Source: Promethearchaeota archaeon | GTDB lineage: Archaea; Asgardarchaeota; Lokiarchaeia; Sigyniarchaeales; SOKP01 | Assembly: GCA_019058245.1 (NCBI GenBank) | Contig: JAHPZJ010000015.1 | Location: forward strand, 62,581-126,580 | Length of the DNA: 64,000 nucleotides | Direction of reading: 5' to 3' | Part shown: positions 56,346 to 64,000 of the stretch, piece after piece | Position numbering within the stretch: position 1 is the stretch's first letter | Layout: each line of letters starts with the position of its first letter | The notes under the pieces: generated by a model | Database searches by the model: none | What the model saw: the letters and a program-made list of their open reading frames with translations, nothing else | Told to the model about the DNA's origin: nothing | Position numbers and translations under genes: made by a program

Positions 56346-57869
56346 ATGAGTGAGAATAAATCAGAATCTCTTAAAAATCATTTTCTTGAAAAAATTCTGA
56401 ATCCTAAGAGTATTTGTGTTTTTGGAGCTAATAACAATCTCATGACAACAATGGGTTCAATGCAACTGAGAAATATTATTGCTGGAGGTGGATTTGATGG
56501 AAATATATACCCTGTGCATCCAAGATTAGAAAAAGTACAAGGAATTCAAGCTTATAAAACTATTTTTGATATCCCAATTATTCCAGACCTTGCTTTTATA
56601 ATATTACCAACTAAAATTGTGCCCCAAGTTATGGAAGAATGTGGTCAAAAAGGTGTAAAGCATTTAATTATTACATCAGGTGGCTTTCGAGAAATTGGAG
56701 CTGATGGAATAGAACTATCTAAACAAATTGATGAAATAGCTAAGAAATATAACATAAGATTCATAGGACCTAATTGTTTAGGTATATATAATGGATGGTA
56801 TGGTTATCCTGACAAACAAGATAATTATTTTAATACTTTCTGGATATATAAACCCCATAAACGAGGAAATATTTCGTTGATTAGTCAGTCAGGTACTGTT
56901 GCGGCTCAAACTGCTTTTTATACAAATGAGCTTGGAATTAAAATAGGAAAATCCATTTCTGTGGGAAATGAAAGAAATATAGATTTAGTAGATGTATTAC
57001 ACTATTTCAAAAATGATCCTCAAACAGAGGTTATAGGGCTTTATATTGAGGAAATTAAACGTGGAAAAGATTTTATTAGATTAGCGAAAAGTATAACCCC
57101 AAAAAAGCCTATAGTTGCAATTTATGCTGGAGGTACAAAAGCCGCAGCAAGATCTATAATGAGTCATACAGGATCAATTAGTTCTGATCATAGAATCTAT
57201 GAGGCTGCATTTAAAGAAACAGGTATAATTTCTACAAATTTAATTATGGATTTTTTATTTTATCTTAGAACTTTATCACAAGCTCAATCATATAACTTTT
57301 TTCCAAAAGGTAATAGAGTCGGAATTATAACAGATTCTGGTGGTCCTGGTGCTATGATGACAAAATCTTCTGAATTATACGGATTGGAAGTACCTGAATT
57401 TTCACAAGAATTACAAGCAATAATTAAAATAGATATTCCTAAAACAGCAAGTTCAGTAAACCCTATTGATATTACTTTCCACAACAACTTTACTAACGTA
57501 TTTATAAAATTCCCAAAATTATTAATGAAATCTAATGAAGTTGATGCAGTAATAGTGTTTGGAGTTTATGATTTTGATGATCTTTTTGATATTATTGAAA
57601 AATCAGGCATGAAATTAGATGATATGATGAAAAAAAGAGATGAACTCTATGAAAATATTATTTCTAAATCTGTTAAAAGATTTATGAGAAAATATTCAAA
57701 ACCTCTATTTTTTGCTGGTCCATTTCCTTATAGATATCGCTGGATGCAGAAATTTGTAGAAGATGATATCCCTATTTTTAGTATGTGGGATGACATAACT
57801 AAATGTCTAAGCATTTTATATCGCTATGCAGAATATCGTAAAAATTCAAATCCTAAAAGTGAAACTTGA
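56346..57869 (+). CDS. Acyl-CoA synthetase (ADP-forming) alpha subunit / CoA-binding protein
   Basis: LNPKSI.V.GA, GPNCLG, SQSG, SHTGS phospho-His, SGG.G, NPID. Confidence 0.9.
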   Translation: MSENKSESLKNHFLEKILNPKSICVFGANNNLMTTMGSMQLRNIIAGGGFDGNIYPVHPRLEKVQGIQAYKTIFDIPIIPDLAFIILPTKIVPQVMEECGQKGVKHLIITSGGFREIGADGIELSKQIDEIAKKYNIRFIGPNCLGIYNGWYGYPDKQDNYFNTFWIYKPHKRGNISLISQSGTVAAQTAFYTNELGIKIGKSISVGNERNIDLVDVLHYFKNDPQTEVIGLYIEEIKRGKDFIRLAKSITPKKPIVAIYAGGTKAAARSIMSHTGSISSDHRIYEAAFKETGIISTNLIMDFLFYLRTLSQAQSYNFFPKGNRVGIITDSGGPGAMMTKSSELYGLEVPEFSQELQAIIKIDIPKTASSVNPIDITFHNNFTNVFIKFPKLLMKSNEVDAVIVFGVYDFDDLFDIIEKSGMKLDDMMKKRDELYENIISKSVKRFMRKYSKPLFFAGPFPYRYRWMQKFVEDDIPIFSMWDDITKCLSILYRYAEYRKNSNPKSET

Positions 57870-57994
57870 AACTTTAAAATTTAATTTGGATAAACTCTAT
57901 GTCTTTCACTAATTATAAATATGTTTTTTCTCTATAATTATTAGAATTACTTCAAAAAGTTAACTTAGATATAAGGAAATTAAACTTTAATTAA

Positions 57995-59005
57995 GTGGTT
58001 TTATCGTTGCCAATCATACTTTTCAATCCGCCTTCAACGATTCTAGCATCGGGATCTAAATTGGGCGTCGAATTAGGCGGCAGTAAAACCATTTTAAGTT
58101 TTGATTCTTACCATAATTTATATTCTGAAAGTATAATATTCAGTGAATTAAGTTGGGGTGCTTTTTATCAAGAAGAAGGATTAGAGGATCAAATTGATAC
58201 ATTTGAAACAAAGGAATATGATTCTATTCGGGAAGATCCTGAAGCATTACTCAAAACCATTGTAGAAACGATTTATAATATCATTAATAATGAAAAGTTA
58301 TTTTATGGAATTGCTGATTTTGAAGTAGATGCGTTTCTTAATCAAAATACTGTAATACCTGGACTAAAATTAGATTATGAAATTATAAATAAACTTTTAG
58401 AAGCTCATAAAAAAACTCGAGACAAAAATTTGTTCCCCCAAATTCTCTCTGATTCAAAAGGAATAAAAAAAATAAATATTGAGATTCAAGGAACCAAAAA
58501 GCATAAGCTCCATATAATTGGAAATAAATTGGAGGATTTAGCTGATACGTTGAGAATGGCAAAAGGTTTTGCAACCGGAATAGTCTGCACTTCTCGAGGT
58601 GCTGCAAATCTTTATATTATGAGTGATAACATTGTATATAGGGAGGATGAAATTCCGGAACTTTATATTGACGAAGAAAATTTAGCTATTATTGAGATGG
58701 GAATTCAAAGAGAACTTTTATTTCCAATTAGTTGGTTTAGAATTGATCTGGGTATTAGATCTTTAGAAACTTTAGAGCTCTGGGATAAAATTAAAGATGA
58801 TCCTAGTTTAAACAAAGCTTTGGATCGCTATGATAAATATGTAACTAGTTTGATATATACAAAATATCGAGATATGGCTTCTCCGGAAAAAATAGGATCA
58901 GATTCGGAAAATGATTTTGATAACATGAATCGTAAAGAAAGAAGAAAAGCACTCAAAGATATGGCTCAAGCAATAAAAAAATTAACTGAGGAATATAAAA
59001 AATAG
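57995..59005 (+). CDS. Hypothetical protein
   Basis: 336-aa ORF; no motif recognised. Confidence 0.75.
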   Translation: MVLSLPIILFNPPSTILASGSKLGVELGGSKTILSFDSYHNLYSESIIFSELSWGAFYQEEGLEDQIDTFETKEYDSIREDPEALLKTIVETIYNIINNEKLFYGIADFEVDAFLNQNTVIPGLKLDYEIINKLLEAHKKTRDKNLFPQILSDSKGIKKINIEIQGTKKHKLHIIGNKLEDLADTLRMAKGFATGIVCTSRGAANLYIMSDNIVYREDEIPELYIDEENLAIIEMGIQRELLFPISWFRIDLGIRSLETLELWDKIKDDPSLNKALDRYDKYVTSLIYTKYRDMASPEKIGSDSENDFDNMNRKERRKALKDMAQAIKKLTEEYKK

Positions 59006-59012
59006 AATTTTA

Positions 59013-59318
59013 TTATTCTTTTAGTATTCTAGGAGCTTTGAAATATCCATCTTTTTTGTGTTTAGCATTTCTCAAAGCTTCTTCATTTGTTAGTGATTTT
59101 TTAGGAATATCTTCGCGAAAAACATTTTTCAATCCCTCTATTGGATGTGTAGTGGGTTTTACATCGCTTGTATCTAAGTCATTAAGTTTTTTAAAATAAT
59201 TTAAAATATCTCCTAATTCCTGAGATAATTTTTCCTTTTCATCTTCAGACAAATCTAATAAAGCCAACTTTGAAATATGATCAATAATATCCTTTGAGAA
59301 TTCTTCCTTTTCTGACAT
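59013..59318 (-). CDS. gatC: Asp/Glu-tRNA amidotransferase subunit C
   Basis: I.HI.KLA.L.L, L..LDT..V.PT.H, N..RED, GYFKAP.I. Confidence 0.93.
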   Translation of the reverse strand: MSEKEEFSKDIIDHISKLALLDLSEDEKEKLSQELGDILNYFKKLNDLDTSDVKPTTHPIEGLKNVFREDIPKKSLTNEEALRNAKHKKDGYFKAPRILKE

Positions 59319-59439
59319 ATCTCAGTTCAATAAAAAATAATACTAGATATTAATTAAGATTAACTACCTTACTTAAAATTTCTAAAATGTTTTTAAAAAT
59401 AATAAAAAGTATTAAGTATTATTTATTTTTAACTTAATT

Positions 59440-59793
59440 ATGGTAAATAAAGAAGATCTAAGGCTTGAAATCCCAAGCTATGCATATATTTCATTAGCGA
59501 GACGTGGAATGGAAAAGATCTCTTTAGATCAATGCTTTTTGAGAAATTGCGATAATCAAAATGCTGAATTATTAGAACCCTTTAAGAAAGAAGAATATGA
59601 AGATGATAAGATACACACAAAAGAAATATATATTAAATGCAAAAAATGTAATGGTATTTTCATTTTAAAATTAGATACAATAAAAAAAGTCGCTAAATCT
59701 ACTAAGGATAAAGATGCTGAACCTTTATCGATGGGGCTTGTATATGCTTTAGACGAGAACAAGAATAATCTAGGGCATATTGGCTATTTTTAA
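59440..59793 (+). CDS. Hypothetical putative zinc-binding protein
   Basis: Cx4C and CxxC pairs. Confidence 0.65.
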   Translation: MVNKEDLRLEIPSYAYISLARRGMEKISLDQCFLRNCDNQNAELLEPFKKEEYEDDKIHTKEIYIKCKKCNGIFILKLDTIKKVAKSTKDKDAEPLSMGLVYALDENKNNLGHIGYF

Positions 59794-59820
59794 ATACTTT
59801 TTCATTTTTTTTGTAAGAAA

Positions 59821-60507
59821 ATGAGCTTTAAATTATATATATTTGATTTAGATGGAACGTTATTAGATCTTGGAAATATTCGTGATTATGCAGAAAAAAT
59901 TTTCACACTTACCCTAAATACATTGAAAGCTCCTAAAATACCAGATAAAGAAGAAAGATTAAAATTTTGGTTAGCAGGAAAAGATTTTATCAAAATATTG
60001 GATAAGTGGGGCATTTCTGAACCACATAATTTTTGGAAAACATATGATAAAATTGATTTTGAGCAACGAAAAGTTCTAATTAAACAAAATAAAATAGGAT
60101 TATTTAATGATGCTAAAGAGATACTCAGAAAGATTTATAATAACTCTAATAGACTTGCTATTGTAACTAATACAACTGGTTATGTTGTAGAATATATTTT
60201 GAAAAAATTTAATATATCCGAATTTTTTCATGAAATCTTTTGCATGGGACCTGAGATTGATGAGGCATTTGCAAAACCCTCTCCCAGAGGTATTTTGTCA
60301 ATTTTAAGAAATTTCAACTATAATCATAAGATCTCTAAAGCCTTAATGATTGGAGATTCAATCGTCGATATAATTGCTGCAAAAAAAGCAAATATTTCGT
60401 CATGTCTAATTAAAAGACAATTTAAAATCGAAACAAAATCCTATAATCAATGGGAATATCAACCAGATTATGTTATTGAGAGTTTAAATGAATTAATTTA
60501 TTTGTAA
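59821..60507 (+). CDS. HAD-superfamily hydrolase
   Basis: FDLDGTL, VTN, KP.P, IGDS..D. Confidence 0.92.
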   Translation: MSFKLYIFDLDGTLLDLGNIRDYAEKIFTLTLNTLKAPKIPDKEERLKFWLAGKDFIKILDKWGISEPHNFWKTYDKIDFEQRKVLIKQNKIGLFNDAKEILRKIYNNSNRLAIVTNTTGYVVEYILKKFNISEFFHEIFCMGPEIDEAFAKPSPRGILSILRNFNYNHKISKALMIGDSIVDIIAAKKANISSCLIKRQFKIETKSYNQWEYQPDYVIESLNELIYL

Positions 60508-60583
60508 GTAAATAGAATTTCGGGTCTAATTTTTTTTTCATTCAAAAAATTTGTAAACTAATTAAATTTTATAATGAATATTA

Positions 60584-61357
60584 ATGAAAGAAATAAAATA
60601 CGATAAATTTAGTCAAATTTATGATTTAAGTAGAGGAGTTAATACAAAAACAGTAAAGGATTTAGTAAAATTAACTCACATAAATTCTAATTCGTTAGTT
60701 CTTGATATGGGATGTGGTACTGGTAATTATACTGCTGCTCTAAATTATTTTATAAAAGGAATTATTGGTATAGATCTTTCTTTAGCTATGATTAATAAGG
60801 CAGTGTCTAAGTTTCCTAATTTAAAATTTATTAATGGTAATATCATAAATCTTCCTTTCCGTTCGAATCTTTTTGATGGATTATATGCCATTCAAGTTAT
60901 TCATCATATTGAAGATAAGCATGTGTTTTTAAAAGAAGCTTATCGTATTCTTCATAAAAAAGGGTCTATAGCAATACACACATGTTCTCATAATCAAATC
61001 AATACATATTGGTTTACTTACTATTTTCCAGAGGGCTTAAATTGGGAATTAAAGCGATATCTTGATACAAAAGAATTAACTCTGCTACTTAAAAAGATTG
61101 GATTTTCAAATATAGGAGCAAAAGTATGCTATAAAGATTCAGTTATTTTGAATCAGAGTCCAGAAAAATATTTAGAGAAGAATTTTCGCGATGGAGATTC
61201 TATGTTCGCATTATTAACAGAGGATCAAATAGATGCTGGATGCAAAAAATTACGAAAAGATATAAGATCAGGTGCTATTAATAAAGTTCTAAAAGAATAC
61301 AAAAAAAGAATAGAGTTATATGGAGGATCTTCAATTATTTTTGGTCAAAAGCTCTAA
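60584..61357 (+). CDS. Class I SAM-dependent methyltransferase
   Basis: VLDMGCGTG, GIDLS..M, LPF....FD. Confidence 0.9.
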   Translation: MKEIKYDKFSQIYDLSRGVNTKTVKDLVKLTHINSNSLVLDMGCGTGNYTAALNYFIKGIIGIDLSLAMINKAVSKFPNLKFINGNIINLPFRSNLFDGLYAIQVIHHIEDKHVFLKEAYRILHKKGSIAIHTCSHNQINTYWFTYYFPEGLNWELKRYLDTKELTLLLKKIGFSNIGAKVCYKDSVILNQSPEKYLEKNFRDGDSMFALLTEDQIDAGCKKLRKDIRSGAINKVLKEYKKRIELYGGSSIIFGQKL

Positions 61358-61422
61358 AAGATAGATCTTTAAAAGATTTAAATATCATATATATACTTTT
61401 TAATAAACCGGGTGTTTAAGAT

Positions 61423-62070
61423 CTATCTTGGAATAAGTTTTATTGAAGTTTCAGGACAACTAGTAACACAAACACCACATCCAAAGCATAAATCTTTTTT
61501 AAAAATAATATTATTGTCAGTATCTAATATTCTCGCTCCAAATTGGCACCTATCGACACAAATACCACATTGAATACATGAATCTTCATCAAAAGTTGCA
61601 ACAAACTCACTGGGTTCTACCAAACCCTTCATATTCATTAATTTTAATCCCTGCAGTGCTTTGCAACAACATGAACAACAATTACAAATTTCAGAAGGGT
61701 AATTTTCATTATTGTTTAATTGATATATAGATAGTTTAACTAATCCTAATTTATGAGTTTCAGAAACAATTGATAATGCCTTTTTCTGTGTTATAATTTC
61801 AGCTCCTCCACTCTTAACAAATAAGTCTGCCCTTTCATTGAGATAAATACATGTTTTAATTGGTATGTCACAATTTTGAAGAGTTTTTCGACAAATGCAG
61901 TCTCCTAAAGCAATTTTTTCTGCGTTTAATAAGATTTTGTTTATTCTAGTTAAATCAAGAGGAAATTGCCGATTTTCAATTTGAACATTGACTGGAATAG
62001 TAATAGCCTCCCATTTTCTTTTGAAATTTTTTAATTCTTCTTCTGACCAATTTTTACTTTCGTTCATCAA
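61423..62070 (-). CDS. 4Fe-4S dicluster protein
   Basis: CICR...C, CNCCSCCC and two CxxCxxCxxxC motifs. Confidence 0.88.
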   Translation of the reverse strand: MMNESKNWSEEELKNFKRKWEAITIPVNVQIENRQFPLDLTRINKILLNAEKIALGDCICRKTLQNCDIPIKTCIYLNERADLFVKSGGAEIITQKKALSIVSETHKLGLVKLSIYQLNNNENYPSEICNCCSCCCKALQGLKLMNMKGLVEPSEFVATFDEDSCIQCGICVDRCQFGARILDTDNNIIFKKDLCFGCGVCVTSCPETSIKLIPR

Positions 62071-62386
62071 GCAATCATCCTTTTATTTTAAAATTACGTG
62101 TATAAAAATAAATGTTTCTAAAATTTTAATTATTAAAGCTAATCCACTTTTCTTAAAGCTAAGATAAAATGGAAATATAGACATATTCTTGTTAAATACC
62201 AAAATTATTGAGTATTAATGTTAGTTCTTTTTAGAAAAAGAGAAAGTCTGAAAAGAAGCAACCAGAGAATATTTAAAAATTATAGTCAATAGACAATCAA
62301 TAAAATAATTAGATAAATGGATAGAAATAAATAAATAGACTAGCTTTTAAATAGCAATACATAATTTTGGAATTATTTGTGAACTT

Positions 62387-62470
62387 ATGGCGACAAAATC
62401 AGAAGAAGAAGTTTCACTCAGAAAGAAGGTCTGGAAAATCATTAATCAAGTAAATTTTAATAAAGTCTAA
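62387..62470 (+). other. 27-codon ORF, possible gene remnant or micropeptide
   Basis: MATKSEEEVSLRKKVWKIINQVNFNKV*; protein-like and more GC-rich than its flanks; GTGA upstream. Confidence 0.25.
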
Positions 62471-62551
62471 TAAAAAAGAAAAGATAATATCAAAACCGAA
62501 AGCTAATTTTTTATTAGATTCGTCATAAAAAACGATAATAATATTTTTTTA

Positions 62552-63700
62552 TTAACCTAAACCAATAAATGATAATAAAAAGGGGAAAAGTGAAGATCCT
62601 AAAGTAACTAATAATTTTTTAATTGAAGTCGGATTAAATGGCCAATCACTAATTTTATCAATTTCCTTGTAATGTTCTTGAATATAATGTATTGATTTAT
62701 AATATTTATATATTTTATCATCTTTTATTTCATCTTTTATTAAATTAGTGAAATATTTAATATCATTTAATAATTTAGATTTAAGTTTGTGTTTGTAATT
62801 TACGATAGCGTGATGAATATTTAAAGTATTTTTATACAATAAAAATACTAGAATAATTGTTATAATTATACTTACAATCATATAAGTATACCCGCTTAAG
62901 ATATTTTTGATAAAAAATATGAGAAAAAGGCCAATAATACTAAAAAAAGTACTTAAAAGAATTATAGGGATTGAAATTGAAATAATAAATTTGCCAATTT
63001 CTTCAAAACCACCAATTTTTAATTCCTCAAAAGATACATTTAGGTTATAGTCTGAAGTACCAAGTCTATTCAAACAGCTGAAAATAATTATTATTAATAC
63101 TAATGTTGAAGTAATCAATAAAATCCAATAAAAAAATAAATACATTACTAATATTTGTTCAAAAAAATTAATATATAATTTAGGCCCTTCAAGAGAAATA
63201 ATTTCATTTAAAATAATTACTTCTTTAGATATTATTTGAGGTAAAAAAGATAGAAAAAAAAAACCAATAACATAAATTATTGCTAGTATCAAAGGAAGAT
63301 ATATACCTATTTTTGATTTGAATCTTTTTTGAATAAAAATAACATATCTATCGTATTCTTTTTTAGAGCCAGTTTTAGGATCTAATAAAAGTTTATAATT
63401 TTTACTTATCAATTCTTGAAACAATTTTGGTATTCTATTACTCATAAACAATGAAAAAATACCAGTTATTAAAAGTAAAATTTGTGTTAAATAACTAGTA
63501 GCGTTTAAATAATTTTCTAATCCATATATATAAATATTACTTACTACTGCAATAATAAAAATTAAAAAATATATGGTTAATGTAATTGGATTATTTAGTT
63601 TAAGGCGGGTTGACCATAGTTTATAATTTTTTAAAAAATTTTTATTTATCTCTTGATTTTCTTCTAATTTAATTTGTTTGTCAGAATTTGAATAACTCAT
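62552..63700 (-). CDS. Hypothetical multi-pass membrane protein
   Basis: About 7 TMs; WPF motif before the final helix. Confidence 0.75.
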   Translation of the reverse strand: MSYSNSDKQIKLEENQEINKNFLKNYKLWSTRLKLNNPITLTIYFLIFIIAVVSNIYIYGLENYLNATSYLTQILLLITGIFSLFMSNRIPKLFQELISKNYKLLLDPKTGSKKEYDRYVIFIQKRFKSKIGIYLPLILAIIYVIGFFFLSFLPQIISKEVIILNEIISLEGPKLYINFFEQILVMYLFFYWILLITSTLVLIIIIFSCLNRLGTSDYNLNVSFEELKIGGFEEIGKFIISISIPIILLSTFFSIIGLFLIFFIKNILSGYTYMIVSIIITIILVFLLYKNTLNIHHAIVNYKHKLKSKLLNDIKYFTNLIKDEIKDDKIYKYYKSIHYIQEHYKEIDKISDWPFNPTSIKKLLVTLGSSLFPFLLSFIGLG

Positions 63701-64000
63701 TATACACTAATTCATTGAATCTAATGGATACAATATATAAAAATTAATATATAAATCTTTTTAAATAAGAGATTTTAATTATTGGATAAATAAAGAATAT
63801 TTTATCATTATTTTTACTAATTCTTTTTATCTCTCTTATCAATATCATAATGAATATTTCTTCTATTTATTCTACAAAATATTTAATGCAAGAATAAAAT
63901 TATTTAAATCATCATTGTTCCTAATTCTATAATAGAACTCCTTTTTTAGAATATGAATATTTATGTATTTTGGATTAATGCAATTTAAAGAAAAAAAAGA

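Overview
AT-rich, gene-dense archaeal chromosomal segment. It is very probably from an Asgard archaeon of the Lokiarchaeia type, inferred from four Ras-superfamily small GTPases, longin-like domains, Nre, DUF2070, PAC2 and a CCA-less tRNA-Ala. Main content: (1) a complete tungstate-uptake/pterin-cofactor cluster (tupABC-moaC-moaA-moaD-moaE-moeA-moaB-moeA) preceded by a ModE-box-like palindrome. (2) A MoxR AAA/vWA pair and two tandem Rab-like GTPases. In two of these genes the reading frame extends well upstream of any ATG/GTG/TTG, which implies either -1 frameshifting or ATA initiation. (3) A co-oriented 7TM protein, Arf-like GTPase and longin(uDENN-like)-wHTH cassette, with a palindrome over the GTPase promoter. 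(4) Two very large single-pass membrane proteins: a receptor-like protein with a cytoplasmic longin-like domain, and a subtilase with Site-1-protease-like architecture. (5) Housekeeping genes (rpiA, purE, thiolase, dut, gatC, ogt, ADP-forming acyl-CoA synthetase, m5C methyltransferase). Two pseudogenes (yhhQ-like, MoaD/ThiS-like), tRNA-Ala(GGC) and several small ORFs missing from the ORF track were found by hand. No CRISPR array, rRNA, transposase or integrase was seen. All family calls come from motif recognition; no database search was run.
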